Under the pieces are notes generated by a model. It searched no databases. It saw only the letters and a list, made by a program, of their open reading frames with translations, and had not been told where the DNA came from. A DNA stretch of 64,000 nucleotides. Origin: Clostridiaceae bacterium. Its GTDB lineage: Bacteria > Bacillota > Clostridia > Saccharofermentanales > DTU023. Position numbers and translations under genes: made by a program. The DNA is taken from the NCBI GenBank assembly GCA_012838795.1, contig DUOO01000033.1, forward strand, positions 64,058-128,057. Direction: 5' to 3'. Below are positions 51,088-60,111 of this stretch, piece by piece. Each line of letters opens with the position of its first letter. Position 1 is the first letter of the stretch.

Positions 51088-52181
51088 ATAATTGCATACA
51101 CAACAAATAATAATATCAGTATCAAAAAAGACAAATTAAAGAATTTATTGCCGGGCATTTTTTTCTTAGAATGGCGTTCGATTATTATATCTGAGTCCAA
51201 AAGCGGATTAATTCTTTTTATCTGACTTAAGACGACAAATAACGGAACGAACATAGTAGTTGCAATGAGACCTTTAATAATTGTCGGCATCAAGTCTTCA
51301 ATGAATATGACTGAACTATTAGTCAGATTCAAGTTTAATACGGATGATTTGATAATCAAATAGTGATAAGTTATGTTGAAAGACAGATGACAGAGCATTG
51401 TGGCGGTTATAGATTGATGATAAAGATAGAGCATCGATACCAGTAAACCTAAGCCGAAATACGGCATGAATTCCTGGAACTGAAATGTCAATAGCCCGGT
51501 AACCGCAGCACAAAAGAGAATGGCATGGTTTTGTTTTTTTTGAATTAATAATTCTTCTAGTAAGATACCCCGCAAAGAAAATTCTATCAAAATAACCGGG
51601 ATTAGGCAGGTAATGGTTAAATAAACGAGTAAATAAACAGCATTATTAAGAGGGAAGAACTGAATTTGTTTACCATAGAATACAATATTGTTCAAAATAC
51701 CGATTCGTTCCAGTAAAACTGATAAGAGCAAGTTTAACAATGCCATGATATAAGCGAAGGGAAATCCGATCAAAATGCTTAACAAACCCGTGACGGGGGT
51801 AACATTAAAATTAATAGAGAGAGCGAATTGCGGTTTAATTAATATATAGATAATACTTGGTAAAACGTAAACCGAAAATAAAAATACAATTTGAGTAAAA
51901 GTCCAACTTTTCCAATTTAAGATGTCGGGCAATAGTATTTGCCGGATATTAAAAAAATCCAATAATATAAATATCAGACAACCTATCACGATAAAAAACA
52001 ACAAGTTTAATTTATTTTGCCATTTTGAATCAATATTTGCTTGCTGAATTAAAGATTGGCTGGTTTTGGGCGTCGGATTGACTATCCTAATCTTAGTAGG
52101 TCTGATTGTACTTTCAGATCGTAGTTTAATGATTGGCCTGATTTTATTGTTTTGCTTATCATTCACATTATTGTACCTCAA
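51084..52181 (-). CDS. Polytopic membrane protein, CPBP (CAAX/Abi)-like with degenerate catalytic motifs
   Basis: About 8 TM segments. IEFSLRG resembles motif 1 (EExxxR) but lacks the first Glu. Motif 2 His is not evident. HLSFN fits motif 3 (HxxxN). Confidence 0.4.
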   Translation of the reverse strand: MRYNNVNDKQNNKIRPIIKLRSESTIRPTKIRIVNPTPKTSQSLIQQANIDSKWQNKLNLLFFIVIGCLIFILLDFFNIRQILLPDILNWKSWTFTQIVFLFSVYVLPSIIYILIKPQFALSINFNVTPVTGLLSILIGFPFAYIMALLNLLLSVLLERIGILNNIVFYGKQIQFFPLNNAVYLLVYLTITCLIPVILIEFSLRGILLEELLIQKKQNHAILFCAAVTGLLTFQFQEFMPYFGLGLLVSMLYLYHQSITATMLCHLSFNITYHYLIIKSSVLNLNLTNSSVIFIEDLMPTIIKGLIATTMFVPLFVVLSQIKRINPLLDSDIIIERHSKKKMPGNKFFNLSFLILILLFVVYAII

Positions 52182-52189
52182 TCATTATT

Positions 52190-52657
52190 TCATATTTTAC
52201 TGAATAGAAAAAAATGTTGCAAGACTAGTGAAAACAGAAGTCCTGAGGTTAAAAAAGGAATGAATGGGATAGCAGTGGTTTTAGAATTAATAAAAAACTT
52301 ATTAATTAATAAAAATATGATTGCAAAAATACAACCCAGGCAAATACTGAATAGAACTGTCCTTGAATCAAAAGTCCAAGTTAATAAACTAATCAGTTTT
52401 ATATCACCGCCGCCAAACAAATATTTATCTCTTATTGATTCAGATATTATTACTATGAGCATGAGAATACCCAAAACACAAATTGATCTAAGGAAATTCA
52501 AAGCAATTAGTTGGACAGGGCAAACAACGACCTTGATTCCTGAGACAATCAACCATGCTGCAATGATTTCGTTGTTATTTACTTTTTGCCAACGTAAATC
52601 CGTATATGAAAAGCGTAAAAATGGCAAAAAGTAAAACAGACAAATAAAAATATTCAT
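52190..52657 (-). CDS. Short A24-family aspartic peptidase (prepilin peptidase CpaA/TadV-like)
   Basis: 155-aa membrane protein with YTDLRWQKVNN (first catalytic Asp context) and FGGGDIKL (GxGDxKL second Asp motif). It has no methyltransferase domain. Confidence 0.65.
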   Translation of the reverse strand: MNIFICLFYFLPFLRFSYTDLRWQKVNNNEIIAAWLIVSGIKVVVCPVQLIALNFLRSICVLGILMLIVIISESIRDKYLFGGGDIKLISLLTWTFDSRTVLFSICLGCIFAIIFLLINKFFINSKTTAIPFIPFLTSGLLFSLVLQHFFLFSKI

Positions 52658-52811
52658 AAATTTAGATTATCCGACAAGAATAAATAAAATATCTTAATTT
52701 TTTGGTAAAAAACAATAAATTTGGTAACATAGAAAAGGCTGTTGTGATTTCGAGAATATCAATAGTTTTTTTGAGTATGAAATTAATTTATTTTTAATAG
52801 GGAGAGATTTT

Positions 52812-55184
52812 ATGAAAGAACAGTTAGTAAACAGCATTAAAGCCAATTTAGCTGCTGAATACGGGAAAAATTTAAAACATGCTACCAAAACGGAAATCTG
52901 GCAATCATTATCACGTTCAATTATGCAAATATTAACGGAAAATTGGGAAGAAACACGTGAGACTTATCGCAAAGGTAAGCAGGCGTTTTATTTTTCCGCT
53001 GAATTTTTAGTTGGTCGTAGTTTGCTGAATAACATCGTTAATCTCGGGATTTATGATGAAGTTCAACAAGCCGTTCAGGAGTTGGGATTTGACTTGAATG
53101 ATCTTGAAGAAGAAGAAACTGATCCGGGACTTGGTAACGGCGGTTTAGGTCGTTTAGCTGCTTGTTTTTTAGATTCCAGCACTACACTTAATTATCCGGT
53201 AACCGGTTTTGGAATTCTTTATCGCTATGGTCTGCTTAAACAGTTGTTTGAGAACGGATTCCAAAAAGAATATCCTGATGAATGGATGGAGTATCCATAT
53301 CCCTTTAATGTGAAAAGAGCTGAAGATACAGTGATGGTTCGTTATCAGGATTTAGATGTTATCGCTGTACCTTATGATTTGCCTGTAACAGGTTTCGGCA
53401 CAAAAAATGTTAACATTCTTCGTTTATGGAAACCTGAACCGGCTGAAGCTTTCGACTTTAATTTATTTAACTCACAACGCTTTGATGATGCTGTTATCGA
53501 AAGAAACCGAATTAATGATATTTTCCGTGTTCTTTATCCTAACGATACTTCATATGACGGTAAAGTCCTTAGAGTACGACAACAATATTTCTTTGTTTCC
53601 GCCTCTCTCCAGAATATTATTAAAATGTATGAAAAAGAGCACGGTACTGATTACAGTAAATTTGCTGACTTTAACAGGATTCAATTGAACGATACTCATC
53701 CGGTTCTGGGAATTCCTGAATTAATCAGATTATTGGTCGATGAGAAAGGTGTCGAATGGGATCAAGCTTTTGCCATAACCAGAAAAACTTTTGCTTTTAC
53801 TAATCATACAACTTTAGCTGAAGCTTTGGAAAAATGGGAAATCAGTATTTTCCAATTCTTATTCCCGAGAATTCTGGAAATTATCCAAAAAATAGATTCC
53901 CAATTACGTAATGAATTACGCGAATGTCATTTTAATTCTGACCAAATTGAAAAGAATTCGATTATCCATGATGGCATGGTTCATATGGCAAATATGGCTG
54001 TTTATATGTCATATTCAGTAAATGGTGTCGCCAGAATCCATACTAATATTTTGCAAAATACTACTTTCAATTGTTATTTCAAAATTTGGCCGGAAAAATT
54101 CAATAATAAAACTAACGGAGTTACGCCGCGACGCTGGCTCAGAACATGCAATCCCAAATTATCTGTTTTGTTAACTGAATTGTTAGGTAGTGAAGATTGG
54201 GTTACCAATCTATCTTTGTTGAAAAAGTTATTACCATATGAAAATGATGAACAAGTAATGAAACGGTTGATGGAAATTAAACGTGAGAACAAAATTGCCT
54301 TAGCAAGATATATTGAAAAGTATGAAGGCATAAAAATTGATCCGAATTCCGTCTTTGATGTTCAGGTCAAACGAATTCATGAATATAAACGTCAATTGCT
54401 CAATGCTTTTACAATTCTCGATCAATATTTCTATCTGAAAGATAATCCGGGAACCAAAATTACTCCGGTCACTTATATTTTTGGCGGAAAGTCTGCTCCG
54501 GGTTATTTCCGGGCAAAAGCTATAATCAAATATATCAATGAAATTGCAAAAAAGATCAATAATGATCCTGATGTCAATGATCAAATGAAAGTTGTCTTTG
54601 TTCAAAATTATAATGTTTCATATGCTGAAAAGATTTTCCCGGCAGCTGATCTGTCAGAACAGATTTCAACGGTCGGTAAAGAGGCTTCCGGTACAGGGAA
54701 TATGAAATTTATGATGAACGGCGCTTTGACTCTGGGAACTTATGACGGAGCCAATATTGAAATAGTTGAATACGCAGGTGAAGAAAACAACTTTATGTTT
54801 GGATGCAGTTTGGAAAACTTCCCTGCAACTTTGGATTTCTATAATTCACAATGGCAATATGGAAATATTCCCGGTCTGAAACGTATAGTTGATTCATTGA
54901 TCGACGGTACATTCCACGACAATGATACCGGTATGTTCCGTGATTTATATAACAGCTTAATTTATGGTTCAAATTGGGAAAAAGCTGATATATACTATGT
55001 TTTAGGTGATTTCAAAGACTACAAAAAACGTCGTCAGGATGCTTTTGAAGCATATGAAGATCAAGCAGCTTGGGCAAAAATGTGCTGGCAAAATATTTGC
55101 AACAGCGGTCAGTTCAGTTCAGACAGAACGATTGAACAATATGCGGAAGAAATTTGGAGAGTTGATCCGCAACCAATTGTATAA
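52812..55184 (+). CDS. glgP: Glycogen/alpha-glucan phosphorylase
   Basis: 790 aa with GLGNGGLGRLAACFLDS and EASGTGNMKFMMNGALTLGTYDGANIE (PLP-Lys region). Confidence 0.96.
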   Translation: MKEQLVNSIKANLAAEYGKNLKHATKTEIWQSLSRSIMQILTENWEETRETYRKGKQAFYFSAEFLVGRSLLNNIVNLGIYDEVQQAVQELGFDLNDLEEEETDPGLGNGGLGRLAACFLDSSTTLNYPVTGFGILYRYGLLKQLFENGFQKEYPDEWMEYPYPFNVKRAEDTVMVRYQDLDVIAVPYDLPVTGFGTKNVNILRLWKPEPAEAFDFNLFNSQRFDDAVIERNRINDIFRVLYPNDTSYDGKVLRVRQQYFFVSASLQNIIKMYEKEHGTDYSKFADFNRIQLNDTHPVLGIPELIRLLVDEKGVEWDQAFAITRKTFAFTNHTTLAEALEKWEISIFQFLFPRILEIIQKIDSQLRNELRECHFNSDQIEKNSIIHDGMVHMANMAVYMSYSVNGVARIHTNILQNTTFNCYFKIWPEKFNNKTNGVTPRRWLRTCNPKLSVLLTELLGSEDWVTNLSLLKKLLPYENDEQVMKRLMEIKRENKIALARYIEKYEGIKIDPNSVFDVQVKRIHEYKRQLLNAFTILDQYFYLKDNPGTKITPVTYIFGGKSAPGYFRAKAIIKYINEIAKKINNDPDVNDQMKVVFVQNYNVSYAEKIFPAADLSEQISTVGKEASGTGNMKFMMNGALTLGTYDGANIEIVEYAGEENNFMFGCSLENFPATLDFYNSQWQYGNIPGLKRIVDSLIDGTFHDNDTGMFRDLYNSLIYGSNWEKADIYYVLGDFKDYKKRRQDAFEAYEDQAAWAKMCWQNICNSGQFSSDRTIEQYAEEIWRVDPQPIV

Positions 55185-55274
55185 TTGAGTTTAAGCTATG
55201 ACAGAAGATTAAACTGTGTAAACATATGTATTCTATCATTTACAGGCAGCAGTTAAACAGATAAGGAGAAGAAA

Positions 55275-55520
55275 ATGGCTGAATTTAAATATGAAGTAAA
55301 ACATAATGTCGGAATCTTAAGTACCGGACGTTCAGGCTGGAATCGTGAAGTAAACATGGTTAGTTGGAATGAAAATCCGGTAAAATTGGACATTCGTGAC
55401 TGGGCACCGGAACATGCTAAAATGAGCAAGGGTGTTTCCTTAAGTTATGAGGAAGCTTCAATTTTACGAGAAATACTCAATGAAATAAATTTGGATGAAC
55501 TATTCGAATCTGAAGTCTGA
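55275..55520 (+). CDS. YdbC/PC4-like small ssDNA-binding family protein
   Basis: 81 aa. GWNREVNMVSWNENPVKLDIRDWAPEH.KMSKGVSL..EE matches my memory of the conserved Firmicute YdbC family. Confidence 0.5.
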   Translation: MAEFKYEVKHNVGILSTGRSGWNREVNMVSWNENPVKLDIRDWAPEHAKMSKGVSLSYEEASILREILNEINLDELFESEV

Positions 55521-55551
55521 ATAATTACATTATTAAAATTAATATGATCTG

Positions 55552-55594
55552 AAAAGGACTGTTTCAAATTTTGAGATGGTCCTTTTAGTTTTCG
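55552..55594 (+). terminator. Intrinsic terminator after the ydbC-like gene
   Basis: AAAAGGAC (55552-55559) pairs with GTCCTTTT (55579-55586), followed by a T-rich tract. Confidence 0.6.
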
Positions 55595-55667
55595 AATTAT
55601 AATTTGTGTATAATGGAATGAATTGAATCTAATTAAGTAGTAACAACTTACCGGAAATGAGCATCGT

Positions 55668-56996
55668 ATGATCACAAAAATAATTCGAAGCAAGAAATCT
55701 AATTATTTTTTATTAATTTCAGTGTTACTTATCCTGATGATATTATTATCAAGTTGTAGTGCAAAGAAATCTTCTCCGTCCGAAAAAACGACTATATCTG
55801 AAGAATCTTCTGTTGACAAGGAAGAAACTTTACTACCGACTATTGATAATCCATTCTACTATAATCTTTATCATCATATTGCTGAAACTGATAACGGATA
55901 TTTTATTATGAGTTCCGGAATACTGCATTATCTGGACAAAGAAACCGGCAAAGTTGTTGTTTTCAGTAATGATTCGATTCAGGCAGAAGAACTGCTAAAT
56001 AAAGTTTATCAGGATGGCGAGCAACATGATGCATATTTTGGAGATAATGTATCGATTCATTATTTTAATGAACATCTTTATACTTTAGAATCTGTCGATT
56101 ACCTTAAAGGAGATTGGGAAGTTATCAAAGTTGATCCCGCTACCATGCAAAGACAGAGAATCGGTTCAATTAAATCGATGTATGGTGATTTTGCAGTTGC
56201 CGGTGACAAAATCTATACCCTTTATGCGGAAGTAGAAAATGACGAGAAAGCAGTCAGGGGATATGTTTATGATTATTTTCTTGCGGTTTATGATCTGGAA
56301 GCTGAGCAATCAGAAGAAGCGATTTCTGTTCCTGTGAGTGAAGATTTCAGAGAAAATCAAATCACTGCTCCGCGCTATGATGTTTCAAATAATATGATTC
56401 ATTTTAATTTGAATTATTCTGCGGAAACCGATACAGATTTAGGCTTTGTAGAAAAAACGATATATGTTTCTTATGATGTATCTAATGGCGAATTTTCTTT
56501 TGAGACTTTGCTTGAATATCCTAAAGATAATGAAAAGATAAGGAATCTTTTTGAACTGGATGGAATCCGATATTATTCTTATCTTTCTTTTCCACTACCG
56601 GATGACCAAAATGGGGATATGGAAGCATGGTATGTTAAGAAAGATAAAGAACAGGTTTCTGATAAGTATTCTTTACCTGCTAATTATTATATAGAAACAA
56701 ATGGTAAAGACATATATGCCATACCTGCAGTACTTGGTCTTTCTACTCCAGATTATTTTAGTCAGGAAGCCTTTAAAGTATATAAAGTAGTCGGTGATGA
56801 ATTAGAAGTTATTGCTGATATTAGTGATGAAGAAGCTGCCATCATTCAATTCCCGATGGAAGTGTGTATCGGTACAAATGGCGATATATTCTTGATGGTG
56901 CCAAGTGGAGAAGCTTTCTATCAAATAGTTGACAATCAAATTGTTGTAAAATTTGATTATCTGGATGTTTATGAAAATCTCTTTGCGGAAGAATAA
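55668..56996 (+). CDS. Hypothetical lipoprotein (beta-rich, possibly propeller-like)
   Basis: Signal peptide with lipobox LLSSC and a Ser/Glu-rich linker, then ~380 aa rich in Tyr/Asp/Gly beta-strand-like repeats. No assignable motif. Confidence 0.55.
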   Translation: MITKIIRSKKSNYFLLISVLLILMILLSSCSAKKSSPSEKTTISEESSVDKEETLLPTIDNPFYYNLYHHIAETDNGYFIMSSGILHYLDKETGKVVVFSNDSIQAEELLNKVYQDGEQHDAYFGDNVSIHYFNEHLYTLESVDYLKGDWEVIKVDPATMQRQRIGSIKSMYGDFAVAGDKIYTLYAEVENDEKAVRGYVYDYFLAVYDLEAEQSEEAISVPVSEDFRENQITAPRYDVSNNMIHFNLNYSAETDTDLGFVEKTIYVSYDVSNGEFSFETLLEYPKDNEKIRNLFELDGIRYYSYLSFPLPDDQNGDMEAWYVKKDKEQVSDKYSLPANYYIETNGKDIYAIPAVLGLSTPDYFSQEAFKVYKVVGDELEVIADISDEEAAIIQFPMEVCIGTNGDIFLMVPSGEAFYQIVDNQIVVKFDYLDVYENLFAEE

Positions 56997-57001
56997 ACAA
57001 A

Positions 57002-57901
57002 ATGTGTATTTTACAAATTGAAAATCTTACTAAGCGATATAAAGGGCAGTCTGTACCTGCTTTAAACAATTTCAATGCAACTTTTACTCCCGGTATTTAC
57101 GGTGTGTTAGGACCGAACGGTGCCGGAAAATCTACTTTGTTTTATATTCTGGCAAATATTTTAGATTATAATACCGGAACCATAACTTATAACGGAGAAA
57201 ATATTGATGATATAGCAGATGAATTTTCACTTTCTCTAGGTTATATGCCGCAACAGCAAAAGTTATTTGAATATATGACAGTTTTTCATTTCCTTGAATA
57301 TTTTGCTTTGTTAAAGAAAATAAATATGGATGATTTCAAGGAACAAGTAGATTATATTACTAAAAAATTAGGTATAGCCAATTTAATGAAACAAAAAATT
57401 TCTGCTTTAAGTGGCGGTATGAAACAAAGAGTGTTATTGGCTCAAGCTTTGTTAGGAGATCCGAAAATTTTATTATTAGATGAACCGACCGCCGGTTTGG
57501 ATCCTAAAGAAAGAATACGTTTAAAAAACTTTATTGCAGAACAAGCCTTGGAGCGTATTGTGCTGATAGCGACACATATTGTTTCCGATATAGATTCGAT
57601 TGCCAAAGAGGTTGTTTTTTTAAAACAGGGTCATCTATTAGAACAGGATACGGTTTCCAATATATTACATAAATATAAGAATATATCTCACACTTATTTG
57701 ATATCCAAAGAAAAAATTCAATTTTACATAGACAAATTTAATATTTCTCATATGCAAGAAGTGGAAAAGGATTTATTGGAAGTAACTATAGTCAAATCTG
57801 CAAACGAAAATATCTCTGTAGAATTACTTGAAAATTGCCAAGATATTGAAAAATCCTGCACCTTGGAAGATGTTTATCTCTATTTATATTCCGAAAAATA
57901 A
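57002..57901 (+). CDS. ABC transporter ATP-binding protein (ABC-2/bacitracin-type) with C-terminal extension
   Basis: GPNGAGKST Walker A, LSGGMKQR signature and LLLDEPTAGLD Walker B. About 90 extra C-terminal residues. Confidence 0.9.
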   Translation: MCILQIENLTKRYKGQSVPALNNFNATFTPGIYGVLGPNGAGKSTLFYILANILDYNTGTITYNGENIDDIADEFSLSLGYMPQQQKLFEYMTVFHFLEYFALLKKINMDDFKEQVDYITKKLGIANLMKQKISALSGGMKQRVLLAQALLGDPKILLLDEPTAGLDPKERIRLKNFIAEQALERIVLIATHIVSDIDSIAKEVVFLKQGHLLEQDTVSNILHKYKNISHTYLISKEKIQFYIDKFNISHMQEVEKDLLEVTIVKSANENISVELLENCQDIEKSCTLEDVYLYLYSEK

Positions 57902-57924
57902 TTAACAAAAGAACGTGTCATATT

Positions 57925-60030
57925 ATGTATAAGGCAGAAGTCAGAAAAATTTTATCAAGAAAGGAAGTCACGTTGATCTTAGTATTGTTTTTACTAAGCC
58001 GATTTGTCTTTTCGCTTTTTGTAACTTTTGCTGATAATGACAATAAGATATTGGGAACATCTTTTCCGGAAGAAGATCCAATCACTACAGAAGAATTTCA
58101 TGATTTTAACAGCACACGAATTAATGCCTTAGAAGATAAATTAATCGTATCTTCTTTTTCTGATAATGAAACTTTTCTGACCAAAAGCTTAAAAAATCAA
58201 ATCGAAAAATATCAAGCATTAGAAAATATAGAAATTACGATTACTGATGAAGCAGCTTTAACAAAACTGGTTTTTATTAATCAGTTCGATATATTTTGGT
58301 TGCTTTTTATTATTTGGCTTGCACTCATTGTTTTAAAAGGTGATCAAGATGAAGGATTAAACAGCTTTATCCGCAGTCTGCCTGCCGGCAGAGGCGAATT
58401 AATTAAAGTGAAAATCCTTGTTTTATCCGGGTTGGCTTTTGTGTATGCGATTCTGATAAAAGTTATTCCTCTTTTAACTCTTGGTTTCAGATATGCTCCG
58501 GAAAGTCTTTTGAGGAGCATTCAGTCCAATCCATACTTTAAGACAGCTTATTTAGAAATTAAAGTAACTGAGTTAATATTATACGATATACTCTATTTTG
58601 TTCTTATTGCTTTCAGTTTTATTGCTTTATCTTTATTTGTCATTTCCTTAACCAAGAAAAGATCCGTCGATATCATGATTTTATCAGTGATCTTTATAGT
58701 TTCGACAGGTTTATATCGATTTATTCCTTGTAATTCAATTTTTAATTTTTTCAAATATGTAAATTTGATTGCTTGTGCTGATTTTTTCGGACAAATAGCT
58801 ATTTATAAAGATTTAAGTATCGGCAACATGGCTGTTCCCAGACTGTTAATATCCTCTATTTTCTTATTCTGTGTTTTTGTTTTCTTCTTTTTCTTTGCCG
58901 GCATACGACTGACAAAACTACAAAAAAGAAAAGAGCGACTTAGTTCCATTGTTAAAGAGAGAAAGAAAACCTGCAAAAGTATAATTCATCGTTCTTTACT
59001 GCTATTTGAAATTAACCGAGTATTTTTGCAAAGAAAGTTAATCTTAGTTTTTTTGTTTCCCGTTATTTTTCAAAGCGTACAAGTTTTTTCAAAGACGTCT
59101 GATTATGAAGAAGAAGTCTATTTTTCATTACAAAGAATTACTTATGTAAATGCCATCAAAGAACTGTCAGGTGAATTAACTGATGAAAAAGAATTGAGAT
59201 TGAATGAAATGATCGAAGACATAGAAGCTAAAGCTTCCACTACACAAGATCAACGTTATCAAATAGAAAAGGAAGTGTTATACCAAATCAGAAATGACTT
59301 TGCAGACATGAAGTTTTTTCATGGAGATAATCAGCAAAAACTATATGTTCTTGATCAGGATATGACGTATAAACATTATGAATATAGTTTTACTCAGAAT
59401 CTGTTATCTTTATTCCGGGTGCTGAATATGATGTTGCTAAGTGTGTGGTTAATCGGACCGGACAAGGTATATGAACTGGATAATTTACTTTTCAGTACGC
59501 CAAGCAGGTTTGGCTTGCGCAGTTCCGCTCATTTTCACATTATCAATGCAACAGCTATAATTGGAAATGCAATATATTCTTGCTTACACTATTATGAGGT
59601 GCATCAAAGTCATTATGCCTTGCCGCTCAGGGCTTCAATACAATCTGTCAAAATGATTCAGCACCTTACCCTTGATATAAACCTGGGACAATTAGAATTG
59701 CTGTTATTCCTAAGACGATTTATCAGTTTTGTACTGGTGGCATTGGTATCTTATTTTTTTATCAAAAAGATCAAGAAATTACAAACTTCTATATTTTCAT
59801 TGTTTATTGTGATTTTGCTGCCGGCGATTGTAAAAATGTTTATTTTGAATAGCAATATATTATCCTTTTTACCTTGGACCAACATCTTTGGAATCTCTTC
59901 GGATTTAAAAACAATGGTTAATACAGATTTTATTATAGCGGTATTACTAATTAGCTTCTTAGGAATTATTTTTATTGTTAGTATTAATCTATATTATTTC
60001 TTCTTATCCAAAAAAGCCCTTAAAAAATAG
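57925..60030 (+). CDS. Large polytopic membrane protein, presumed permease partner of the ABC ATPase
   Basis: 701 aa with two hydrophobic bundles, each preceded by a ~100-150-aa soluble segment. It sits 24 nt downstream of the ATPase gene. Confidence 0.55.
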   Translation: MYKAEVRKILSRKEVTLILVLFLLSRFVFSLFVTFADNDNKILGTSFPEEDPITTEEFHDFNSTRINALEDKLIVSSFSDNETFLTKSLKNQIEKYQALENIEITITDEAALTKLVFINQFDIFWLLFIIWLALIVLKGDQDEGLNSFIRSLPAGRGELIKVKILVLSGLAFVYAILIKVIPLLTLGFRYAPESLLRSIQSNPYFKTAYLEIKVTELILYDILYFVLIAFSFIALSLFVISLTKKRSVDIMILSVIFIVSTGLYRFIPCNSIFNFFKYVNLIACADFFGQIAIYKDLSIGNMAVPRLLISSIFLFCVFVFFFFFAGIRLTKLQKRKERLSSIVKERKKTCKSIIHRSLLLFEINRVFLQRKLILVFLFPVIFQSVQVFSKTSDYEEEVYFSLQRITYVNAIKELSGELTDEKELRLNEMIEDIEAKASTTQDQRYQIEKEVLYQIRNDFADMKFFHGDNQQKLYVLDQDMTYKHYEYSFTQNLLSLFRVLNMMLLSVWLIGPDKVYELDNLLFSTPSRFGLRSSAHFHIINATAIIGNAIYSCLHYYEVHQSHYALPLRASIQSVKMIQHLTLDINLGQLELLLFLRRFISFVLVALVSYFFIKKIKKLQTSIFSLFIVILLPAIVKMFILNSNILSFLPWTNIFGISSDLKTMVNTDFIIAVLLISFLGIIFIVSINLYYFFLSKKALKK

Positions 60031-60111
60031 ACTTTCAATAATTCCTTTAAACTGGTAGGATGTATAATTATATAATAATATTTATAATTATATATTGTAT
60101 AGGAGAGTGTT

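Noticed and set aside
52152-52634. 160-aa + strand ORF
   Set aside because: It is antisense shadow of the A24 peptidase gene. The minus-strand product has TM helices and both catalytic Asp motifs, whereas the plus-strand product has no motif and a random-looking composition.
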